Positions 1 through 6,464 of a stretch of DNA of 32,000 nucleotides are shown in pieces. How positions within the stretch are numbered: the stretch's first letter is position 1; every line of letters begins with the position of its first letter. The position numbers were made by a program, and so were the translations under genes. The stretch is from assembly GCA_016205145.1 (NCBI GenBank), contig JACQJH010000001.1, positions 450,001-482,000 of the forward strand, given 5' to 3'. Under the pieces are notes generated by a model. It was not told the origin of the DNA. It ran no database searches and saw only the letters and a list, made by a program, of their open reading frames with translations. This DNA is from Candidatus Iainarchaeum sp. (GTDB lineage Archaea > Iainarchaeota > Iainarchaeia > Iainarchaeales > JACQJH01).

Positions 1-426
1 ATAAAGCAGTTCTCCTATCTTGACGGCGTCCTCAAAAACCAGATAACTGCATTGCAGGAACTCAACTTCTACGACGCAAGGCAGTTCGAATGGGCTTCTC
101 AGGCCCTCGAACTCATAAAATCGGTTCCATCGCAGACCGAAGGCAACACTTTCACTGTGGAATGCCTCAACGAATCCTTTTTTGAAACAGTGAAGCAGGC
201 CTTCCAGCCGAAAGTGCAGGGCAAAAACATAGTGCTCGAAGACCAGTCACTGCCGAACCTGCTCATGCTCTTGCAGGAAAACCATTCGCTCGAATACAAC
301 ACAGTCAACCTCTATTTTGCCACAATCCGCATCAGAATTTCCTTTCCGCAAATCCTGTTGTTCGGGCCGTACCAAAAGCTCGAGGAACTGCAGAAAGCAG
401 GTGCCTTGGCAGCGGCAAAAAAATAG
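1..426 (+). CDS. hypothetical protein, 5' end outside the window
   Basis: Frame 1 is open from nt 1 (no stop before the listed TTG at 52) to TAG 424-426. I recognise no motif. A hairpin terminator follows. Confidence 0.5.
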   Translation: MKQFSYLDGVLKNQITALQELNFYDARQFEWASQALELIKSVPSQTEGNTFTVECLNESFFETVKQAFQPKVQGKNIVLEDQSLPNLLMLLQENHSLEYNTVNLYFATIRIRISFPQILLFGPYQKLEELQKAGALAAAKK

Positions 427-480
427 TTATTTGCCAGCCTGGAAAACTTTTGGGAAAAGTTTTATCAAAACTCACGGAAC

Positions 481-504
481 AACCCGTTGCTTGCGCAACG
501 GGTT
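481..504. terminator. bidirectional hairpin between a convergent ORF and the tRNA
   Basis: Perfect 10-bp inverted repeat AACCCGTTGC-ttgc-GCAACGGGTT. It lies between the ORF stop (426) and the tRNA 3' end (506), with T-rich tracts adjacent on both strands. Confidence 0.55.
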
Positions 505-505
505 T

Positions 506-685
506 TGCGCCCGCCGGGATTCGAACCCGGGTCATGACCTTGTTCCGCACGGAATGTCGTCCTTTACAGCAGGAATTTTTGCTGGGGTTTACTCGGCGTA
601 TTGCAAAAGCAATACGCCTTGGTTTCGAACCCGCCGGACGAAACCGGCGTGGGAAGGTCAGATGCTACCATTACACCACAGGCGC
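506..685 (-). tRNA. tRNA-Gly (anticodon CCC) interrupted by a 109-nt intron
   Basis: Minus-strand cloverleaf folded by hand. Acceptor GCGCCTG/CGGGCGC (7 bp, one G-U). D-arm GTGT-AATGGTA-GCAT. Anticodon stem TGACC/GGTCA. Loop TT-CCC-A-A. Variable region TGAC. T-arm CCGGG-TTCGAAT-CCCGG. Discriminator A. No encoded CCA. The mature length would be 71 nt. Confidence 0.9.
541..649 (-). other. tRNA intron at canonical position 37/38 with a bulge-helix-bulge motif
   Basis: A central 4-bp helix (TTCC, nt 32-35, paired with GGAA at the intron 3' end) is flanked by 3-nt bulges CA|C and CA|A. The intron interior folds into several hairpins, including CGCCGG-TTTCGT-CCGGCG, GGCGTATTGC-TTTT-GCAATACGCC and CAGCA-N8-TGCTG. 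Confidence 0.8.
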
Positions 686-843
686 GCCTGCATTGTTTTT
701 TTTGCTGAAGCAGACGATAAAAAGGTGAAAGTTAGATTTTTTAAAACCGACAATTTTTTGCCGCTCCGCCGGAACGAGTTGCCAGAAAAGCTTTTATAGG
801 CTGCAACCGTTTCTTTTTTTGCCAGCTTTTTTGGTGATCGTAT

Positions 844-1920
844 ATGCCCGCCAAGGTAACGAATCGAGCCAAGCCGAAATCCGGGGCAAAGGCCGATTTG
901 GAGTTGCTTCTTGAACTGATGAACCTTTTCGGGGTTTCGGGCAGCGAGAAAAGCGTGCGCGATTTCATAATCAAAAAGATCCGGCCGCACGTCGATTCGA
1001 TCAAGGTCGACAGGCTCGGCAACCTTGTCGCGACGCAGAAAGGCAGGAAGCCGAAGATAATGCTTGCCGCGCACATGGATGAGATCGGCTTGATGGTGAA
1101 GAGCATCGACCATACCGGCAGCCTGTTCCTTTCCGAAATTGGTTCAATGGCTTCGAAAACCCTTCTTGGCCAGCGCGTCCTCGTGCAATCCGGCAAAGGC
1201 CTGTTGCCTGGCGTGATTTCAACCAAGGCGATTTCCAACTGGGTTGAATCGGACAATTCCGATTCGGAGCTGAAAAACATGTTTGTCGACACCGGCCTCG
1301 ACCTGGCTGCAGTGAAGCGCGCCGGCGTAACCGTTGGAAGCACGGTTTCCCTTGTGCAGGACAATGTTTTTCTTGCAGGCGGCAGGCTTGTCTGCGGCAA
1401 GGCCCTGGACGACCGGGTCGGCTGTTTTGTGCTCATCGAGCTTGCAAGGCGCCTGAGGAAAACGCCGGAAGAAATAGATTTTGTTTTCACTGTGCAGGAA
1501 GAGGTTGGGTTGTATGGCAGCAGGACAAGCGCGTTCTCGGTCGACCCCGACATCGGCATAGCGGTTGACGTGACGAATTCGAATGACGTGCTTGAAGACC
1601 GGCCGACAAAGATTCTGGGCAATGGCCCTGTGCTCATAGTCAAGGATTCGGACATGATTGCAAGCAAGTCCATCAATGACGCGCTTATCGCAATAGCAAA
1701 GCGGAGGAAGGCATCATTGCAGCTTGCGGTGATGAGCGGCGGCACTACCGATGCGTTGAGCATTTCTCTTTCACGCGAGGGCGTTCCTGCAACCGTTGTC
1801 GGCGTTCCGGTAAGGAACATGCACACTGTTTTCGGCATCGCTTCATTGCAGGACATCGAAGAGCTTGTTTTGCTGCTGGAGGATTTTTTGAAAAAGCCGC
1901 CGAAAATCCGCCCGCAGTGA
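844..1920 (+). CDS. M42-family (TET/FrvX-type) metallo-aminopeptidase
   Basis: 358 aa with the motifs AAHMDEIG, LDDRVGC, QEEVGLYG and GVPVRNMH. GGTGAT lies 5 nt upstream of the ATG, and a T-run and hairpin follow the stop. Confidence 0.9.
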   Translation: MPAKVTNRAKPKSGAKADLELLLELMNLFGVSGSEKSVRDFIIKKIRPHVDSIKVDRLGNLVATQKGRKPKIMLAAHMDEIGLMVKSIDHTGSLFLSEIGSMASKTLLGQRVLVQSGKGLLPGVISTKAISNWVESDNSDSELKNMFVDTGLDLAAVKRAGVTVGSTVSLVQDNVFLAGGRLVCGKALDDRVGCFVLIELARRLRKTPEEIDFVFTVQEEVGLYGSRTSAFSVDPDIGIAVDVTNSNDVLEDRPTKILGNGPVLIVKDSDMIASKSINDALIAIAKRRKASLQLAVMSGGTTDALSISLSREGVPATVVGVPVRNMHTVFGIASLQDIEELVLLLEDFLKKPPKIRPQ

Positions 1921-2000
1921 ACGGTTTTTTTCGGATTGGCGATTTGGGTAAAAGTTTTTATTGGCCGGCCGGAGTTTTATTCCGGCGGCGTGGGCTGCGC

Positions 2001-2031
2001 TTGCCTTAATAATTGTGTTTGCCTTAATAAT
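2001..2031 (+). promoter_or_regulatory. tandem 13-bp direct repeat TTGCCTTAATAAT (period 18) upstream of the DsbA-like operon
   Basis: Copies at 2001-2013 and 2019-2031, which is 59-89 nt upstream of ATG 2090. Each copy contains a TATA-like TTAATAAT. More A/T-rich sequence lies at 2051-2075. Confidence 0.4.
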
Positions 2032-2089
2032 GTTTCTGCAAAAATATCTGTTAAAAACTTTAAAATAATTTTTGGAAAGGGGGAGTTTG

Positions 2090-2920
2090 ATGACAAAACT
2101 TGGGGAAATGGACGCAAAATCTTCTGCGCAGATTCCAAACAGCTTGGTTCTCGCGGCAAGCATATTTATTTCGGCGCTGATTTTATCGGCATCTGTCCTG
2201 ATGGTGGGCAATTCCATTACAACTGAAATTTCAAAGCTTTCAGGCCTGGCGCTTGCGCCGGCAAATGCAGGCGGAACAGGAACCCAAGAGCAAAACGTTC
2301 CTTCGCCCGCGCAGGCTGCGCCTTCTCCTGAGCCGGCGGCGCCCGAAATTTCGCTGAAAACGGTTTCAGGCAATGCAGCCGGAGTCATGGGCGAGGACAA
2401 TGCGCCGGTTACAATCGTGGAATATTCCGATTTCCAGTGCCCGTTCTGCAGGCGCCATTACACTGAAACGCACCAGCAGCTGATAGACAATTACGTGAAG
2501 ACCGGCAAGGCAAAGCTTGTTTTCAAGGATCTGCCTTTGGACTTCCATCCTTCGGCTTCAATGGCCGCGAACGCGGCAAGGTGCGGCGCGGAGCAGGGAA
2601 AGTTCTGGGAAGCGCATGACGCAATCTTTGACATGCAGCAGGCAAAGGATCCCAGCGGGGGAACCGTGCAGTTTTCTGCGCAGGACGTCAAGGATGCCGT
2701 CGCGAAGATTTCCGGAATCGACGCAACAAAGTTCAATTCGTGCGTTGACAGCAGCAAGTATGCAAGCGATGTGAAGGCAAGCTACACCGAAGGCTTTTCC
2801 ATCGGCATAAACGGCACGCCGAGCTTTGTCATCGGACCGACGGACGGCAAGGGCCAGATTGTCGTTGGGGCGCAGCCTTTCGCGACATTCAAGGCGGTCG
2901 TAGACGGGTATTTGGGCTGA
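2090..2920 (+). CDS. membrane-anchored DsbA-family thiol:disulfide oxidoreductase (CPFC active site)
   Basis: Contains the motif EYSDFQCPFCRRHY and the DsbA helical insert (FHPSA...ARCGAEQGKFWEAHD). It has an N-terminal TM and a Pro/Ala-rich linker. I chose ATG 2090 because GGGGGAG lies 4 nt upstream; the track start 2072 is an alternative. Confidence 0.85.
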   Translation: MTKLGEMDAKSSAQIPNSLVLAASIFISALILSASVLMVGNSITTEISKLSGLALAPANAGGTGTQEQNVPSPAQAAPSPEPAAPEISLKTVSGNAAGVMGEDNAPVTIVEYSDFQCPFCRRHYTETHQQLIDNYVKTGKAKLVFKDLPLDFHPSASMAANAARCGAEQGKFWEAHDAIFDMQQAKDPSGGTVQFSAQDVKDAVAKISGIDATKFNSCVDSSKYASDVKASYTEGFSIGINGTPSFVIGPTDGKGQIVVGAQPFATFKAVVDGYLG

Positions 2921-2989
2921 AACCCAAATACCCCACTTTCTTTCTTTTCATTTTTTTGCGGGCTGGTGCAATTGGATTTTTTTGATTCC

Positions 2990-3517
2990 ATGAACGCGAA
3001 AACCGCGCATCTTTCCAGAGCTTTCCGCATTGTGTTTTCCCGGCCCAAATATTCGCTTCTTGCCATTTTTCTTGCCATGGCTCTTTTTTTGGGTGTAAAC
3101 TTTCTTGTCAACTGGCGCCTGCTTTCGGGTTTCGTGCTTGGAAACTTTCCGCTGTCAAACAAAATCACGGTCCTTTCCGGATTAGCGCAGGGAAGCCTGC
3201 TAAACAACACGACTGAAACTTTTTTTTCCTTCGCCGTCGTGTCATTGCTAATCGGCGTGAACGTTTCGCTTTTCGCCTATCGCATCAGGCATTCGGGCTT
3301 GGACAAAAAGGCGGGCGCGAGCGGCATTCTGGGCGGGTTTTTCGGGCTGTTTGCCGCGGGCTGCACGGCCTGCACGCTTTCGCTTGTGGCATTTTTCGGT
3401 TTCGCGGGATTGTTTGCGCTGCTGCCTTTCAGGGGCTTTGAAGTGTGGGCATTGGGAATCGCGGTCCTCATGTTGAGCATTTACTGGAATTCGAAAAGCA
3501 TCTGCGGAGTCTGCTAG
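2990..3517 (+). CDS. 4-TM membrane protein, CxxC paralog 1 (TM3 GCTACT, C-terminal SICGVC)
   Basis: Four hydrophobic segments, a basic TM2-TM3 loop (YRIRHSGLDKK), an intramembrane CTAC and a terminal CGVC. It is a paralog of 8247-8717 and 11225-11701. The start is ATG 2990 or GTG 2966. Confidence 0.75.
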   Translation: MNAKTAHLSRAFRIVFSRPKYSLLAIFLAMALFLGVNFLVNWRLLSGFVLGNFPLSNKITVLSGLAQGSLLNNTTETFFSFAVVSLLIGVNVSLFAYRIRHSGLDKKAGASGILGGFFGLFAAGCTACTLSLVAFFGFAGLFALLPFRGFEVWALGIAVLMLSIYWNSKSICGVC

Positions 3518-3529
3518 CAGTTCGGGGGA

Positions 3530-4096
3530 ATGCGCATGGGCCTGACAAAACACGAAAGGAAACAGCTGAAAAAAACGGAACGGCTTGAAAGCGAAAGGAC
3601 CCTTGGCGAAAAAAAGCGGAAGGAAAATTTCCTGAAAAACGCGGGCATGGCAATCCTTGCAATCGCGGTTGTCGCGGCAATCGCCTTTTTTGCGTTGCAG
3701 GCAAATGCCAACAGGCCCAAACTGGACACGCGCGGCATTTCCTTTCCGTTGGTGAACGTGCACTGGCACGCCACGCCCCGCATTTTTTTGTGCGGCGGGG
3801 AAAAGTTGATTCCGACGCCGCCTGAAACAAATCCTTTGCTGCACACGCATGAGGACAGGCTCATCCACATCGAAGGCAGCGTTTCCGGGCCGGAGCAGAT
3901 AACCCTGGAAAGGTTTTTTGACGGCATCGGCATAAAGTTTTCTTCAACCGGAATCTGGGGCAAAAGGAACGGCGACACCTGCGAAAACACGGGCAAGGCG
4001 GGAAAGGTTTCAATGAAGGTCAACGGTTCCGCAAACACTGAGTTCCAGAATTTTGTGCCAAAGGACGGCGACGTGATAGAAATTCGTTTTGAATAG
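3530..4096 (+). CDS. membrane-anchored exported protein with HWH / HTHED motifs (unknown function, possible metal site)
   Basis: 188 aa with a K/E-rich N-terminus, one TM, then VNVHWHATPRIFLCGG...LLHTHEDRLIHIEG...VNG...DGDVIEIRF. GGGGG precedes ATG 3530/3536. Confidence 0.7.
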   Translation: MRMGLTKHERKQLKKTERLESERTLGEKKRKENFLKNAGMAILAIAVVAAIAFFALQANANRPKLDTRGISFPLVNVHWHATPRIFLCGGEKLIPTPPETNPLLHTHEDRLIHIEGSVSGPEQITLERFFDGIGIKFSSTGIWGKRNGDTCENTGKAGKVSMKVNGSANTEFQNFVPKDGDVIEIRFE

Positions 4097-4106
4097 GCGT
4101 TGTGAC

Positions 4107-4301
4107 ATGAATAAAGTGAAACAAACCGCGTTGTTCACCTGCCCGGAATGCGGCGCAAAATCGGAAATAGCGGTTCCAACCGGCAGGTGCCTTGCCTTTC
4201 ACGAATGCGTGGCATGCCATAAAATCATCGCGGCAAAAAAATCCTGTTGCGTCATCTGCGACTACTCCGACAAGAAGTGCCCTGTTTCAGCAAAACACTG
4301 A
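4107..4301 (+). CDS. small Cys-rich protein resembling the GDCCVxC-domain family (10 Cys in 64 aa)
   Basis: Sequence MNKVKQTALFTCPECG...FHECVACH...KKSCCVICDYSDKKCP. It lies 10 nt after the previous stop. Confidence 0.6.
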   Translation: MNKVKQTALFTCPECGAKSEIAVPTGRCLAFHECVACHKIIAAKKSCCVICDYSDKKCPVSAKH

Positions 4302-4364
4302 CTGGCCGCACTTTTGATTGTTTGGCTTTTTTTTGGCGCTCAGGGGCTGTTCCGCTTTTTCCAC

Positions 4365-4411
4365 ATGGTTTCAACAACGGTTATCTATGGTTTCAGCCGC
4401 ATTGTTTGCAT
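4365..4411 (+). promoter_or_regulatory. shared promoter/operator module, copy A (ATGGTTTCAAC-N11-ATGGTTTCAGC-N7-TTTGCAT)
   Basis: It aligns colinearly, with no indels and 37/47 identity, to 10681-10727. The first spacer contains a TATA-like TTATCTAT. It lies 42-88 nt upstream of ATG 4453. Confidence 0.55.
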
Positions 4412-4452
4412 CAGAGCCTGATTCAGGCAATGTTTTTGCGGAGGAGACGGAA

Positions 4453-5130
4453 ATGCAGGGTTGTTGCGGGGAAGGGCACAAGTCCGGTTCCCATAAGTCT
4501 GGTTCGGCTGGCCAGCAAGCGGAATTCAAAACCAGTGCCGGCGGCAAAAAGCTGGGTTTTGGAAAAACCGCATTGACTGTGGTTTTGGCCTTGGCTGTTG
4601 TAGCAGGACTGCTGTTTTTCCTTCGCCCCGGCTCGACTGGACAGGTGTCCGCAACCGCGACGGGCAATACTGTCGGTGCTGTGGCGCCGGGTTTTGAGTT
4701 GAAGGACATTGCCGGAAACAGCGTGAAGCTGAGCGATTTCAAGGGCAGGGCTGTCATACTTTTTTTCAACGAGGGCGGAATGTGCTATCCTTCGTGCTGG
4801 AACCAGATAAAGGCTCTGGCAACGGATGAAAGGCTTAACAACGAAAACGTGGCGTCTTTCTCCGTGGTGGTTGACAACACTTCGGACTGGGAGAAAATCA
4901 CGGCTCACGTGCCCGGCTTTTCGCAGTCGGGCCTGCTCTTCGACACTTCAAAGGTTGTTTCGTCAAGTTACGGGGCGCTGAACATGCCGTCTTCGATGCA
5001 TGGCGGCATGATGCCGGGGCACACATATTATATCATCGGAAAGGACGGCAAAATAAAGTTCATTTTCGACGACCCGCAGATGGGCGTGAGGAACGACCTG
5101 CTTGCCGCTGAAATAGCAAAGCTGGTTTGA
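4453..5130 (+). CDS. membrane-anchored thioredoxin-fold (redoxin/TlpA-like) protein with an N-terminal MQGCCGEGH tail
   Basis: APGFELKDIAGNSVKLSDFKGRAVILFFNEGGMCYPSCW is a redoxin-type beta-alpha-beta with the Cys pair spaced CxxxC. It has one TM. I chose ATG 4453 because GGAGGAG lies 6 nt upstream and the promoter module would otherwise fall inside the ORF. Confidence 0.75.
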   Translation: MQGCCGEGHKSGSHKSGSAGQQAEFKTSAGGKKLGFGKTALTVVLALAVVAGLLFFLRPGSTGQVSATATGNTVGAVAPGFELKDIAGNSVKLSDFKGRAVILFFNEGGMCYPSCWNQIKALATDERLNNENVASFSVVVDNTSDWEKITAHVPGFSQSGLLFDTSKVVSSSYGALNMPSSMHGGMMPGHTYYIIGKDGKIKFIFDDPQMGVRNDLLAAEIAKLV

Positions 5131-5155
5131 CGGCTGGATTGTTTTTGGTGGTGGC

Positions 5156-6034
5156 GTGGGCGAACTGCTTTTAGGCGCGTCAATAATAACCGCTTTTGTG
5201 GCGGGAGTCGCGGCATTGTTCGCGCCGTGCTGCATTACCGTGCTCTTGCCCGCCTACCTCGGCTCGGTTTTCAGGCAGATGCGCACGGTTTTCCTCATGA
5301 CTTTCGTTTTCTTCCTGGGCCTGCTCGCGGTTTTCCTGCCGCTCGGCCTCGGCTTCGCGGCGCTCGGCGAAGCGTTCAGGCAGTTTCACGACGTCATTTT
5401 CGTCGGCGGAAGCGTTTTCCTCATAGTGCTTGGCGCCTCGATGCTTTTGGGAAAGCACTTTTCAATGCCATTTGCACCGCGCCCGTCTCCAAAAGTTACT
5501 GGTGCGGTTTCGGTTTTCGCGCTCGGCGTGTTCTCCGGCATAGCGACGCTTTGCTGTGCGCCCGTGCTTGCCGGAGTGCTGGCGCTTTCGATAATGCCGG
5601 GTTCGGTTTTCTGGGGCGGAGTCTACTCGCTGGCTTACGTGCTTGGCATGACGATTCCGTTGTTCGTAATTGCCTTCGCGCTTGACAAGTCGGATGCCCT
5701 TGAAAAAATCCGGCTGCTCAACAGGACCGTCGAATACGGCTTCGGCGGAGAAAAAATCAGCCTGCTTGCATCCGAAATGGTTGCAGCGTTGATGTTCATC
5801 GGAATGGGCTTGCTGACGATTTACTTTTTCATGACCGGGCAGCTTGCACAAAATTCCGGCTTCCAGGTTTCCACGAACGTGATGCTTGCAGGAGTGGCGG
5901 ATTTTGCCTCGAAGTATTTTTCGTGGGCACCGCCGGTTGCATTGGCGGGCGCGGTTGCGCTGATTTTGGCCGGCCTGGCGTTCATTGCCTTCAAAGAGAA
6001 GCATGGCCGGGGAAACGAAAAAAGGGAATCCTGA
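5156..6034 (+). CDS. CcdA/DsbD-family transmembrane thiol-disulfide (or thiophilic metal) transporter
   Basis: Polytopic, with two pseudo-repeats: FAPCCITVLLP (C25, C26) and TLCCAPVLAG (C133, C134). GTG start with GGTGGTGG upstream. It directly follows the redoxin gene. Confidence 0.75.
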   Translation: MGELLLGASIITAFVAGVAALFAPCCITVLLPAYLGSVFRQMRTVFLMTFVFFLGLLAVFLPLGLGFAALGEAFRQFHDVIFVGGSVFLIVLGASMLLGKHFSMPFAPRPSPKVTGAVSVFALGVFSGIATLCCAPVLAGVLALSIMPGSVFWGGVYSLAYVLGMTIPLFVIAFALDKSDALEKIRLLNRTVEYGFGGEKISLLASEMVAALMFIGMGLLTIYFFMTGQLAQNSGFQVSTNVMLAGVADFASKYFSWAPPVALAGAVALILAGLAFIAFKEKHGRGNEKRES

Positions 6035-6050
6035 TGGGAGGGATGAAAAC

Positions 6051-6260
6051 GTGATTGCAAAAATAATCGAAAGCGCAAAGCGCAACCATCTCGCGCAGAT
6101 GGCAATCTGCTGCCTCTTGCCGGTGCTGCTGATAATCGCGTTGCAGCTTTTGGGTTACACGGGTTTCTGGGTTTATGCCCTGGCCCTCGCTTTGTGCATC
6201 GGCTCGCACATTGCAATGGCGGCTATTGGCGCGAAAAAAGAGGGGCAGTCATGCCATTAG
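6051..6260 (+). CDS. small 2-TM protein resembling DUF2933 (metal-resistance-associated)
   Basis: Sequence HLAQMAICCLLPVLLIIALQLL...LALCIGSHIAMAA...SCH. GTG 6051 is preceded by GGGAGGGA at 6 nt. ATG 6003 is an alternative start. Confidence 0.5.
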   Translation: MIAKIIESAKRNHLAQMAICCLLPVLLIIALQLLGYTGFWVYALALALCIGSHIAMAAIGAKKEGQSCH

Positions 6261-6376
6261 ACTTAGGAAAGCACCGCGGCTGGCTGGAAAACGCCTTCTG
6301 GCTTCTCGTGCTCGCAGTCGCATACATTGCAATGCAAAAAGCAATGCATCCCGGCTGGACGGTTTTCGGAATCTGA
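6251..6376 (+). CDS. 41-aa single-TM peptide
   Basis: ATG 6251 overlaps the end of the previous ORF, with AGAGGGG 5 nt upstream. The hydrophobic core is AFWLLVLAVAYIAM. Confidence 0.35.
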   Translation: MPLDLGKHRGWLENAFWLLVLAVAYIAMQKAMHPGWTVFGI

Positions 6377-6464
6377 ATCCGCCGGGTGTATTTAGCCTGA
6401 TTTGGAAAAACTAATATAAATGCCGCTGCGCATCCATTAAAAACGCAGGAGGGCGGGATTAATC

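Noticed and set aside
621-631. GGTTTCGAACC (T-loop-like GGTTCGAAACC on the minus strand) inside the intron, considered as a possible second or nested tRNA or split-tRNA half
   Set aside because: The flanks cannot form a 5-bp T-stem, and no acceptor, D or anticodon arms can be built around it. It is a short palindrome within the intron.
317-1113. ORFs 317-799 (+), 450-728 (+) and 658-1113 (-) overlapping the tRNA locus
   Set aside because: The region is explained by the intron-containing tRNA-Gly, its terminator hairpin and the divergent promoter region. The ORF translations are R/C/G-rich and look like non-coding sequence.
741-1856. 371-aa ORF on the minus strand opposite the M42 peptidase gene
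   Set aside because: The plus-strand product carries unambiguous M42 motifs. The antisense translation is S/T/P/A-rich low-complexity with no motif. Long antisense ORFs recur throughout this window and look like a codon-composition artefact.
2001-2031. Short tandem repeat considered as a CRISPR or mini-array
   Set aside because: It has only two 13-bp copies with a 5-bp spacer, which is far too short and too few. No cas genes are in the window.
4107-4301. Selenocysteine recoding in the GDCCVxC-like gene
   Set aside because: The reading frame has no internal TGA. The CC pair is encoded by TGT/TGC codons, so this is the Cys form.
4318-4452. Track-predicted N-terminal extension of the redoxin gene (TTG 4318 or ATG 4387)
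   Set aside because: The extension would place the conserved 47-nt promoter/operator module inside the coding sequence. ATG 4453 has a strong GGAGGAG ribosome-binding site, and the extension has no hydrophobic or conserved character.
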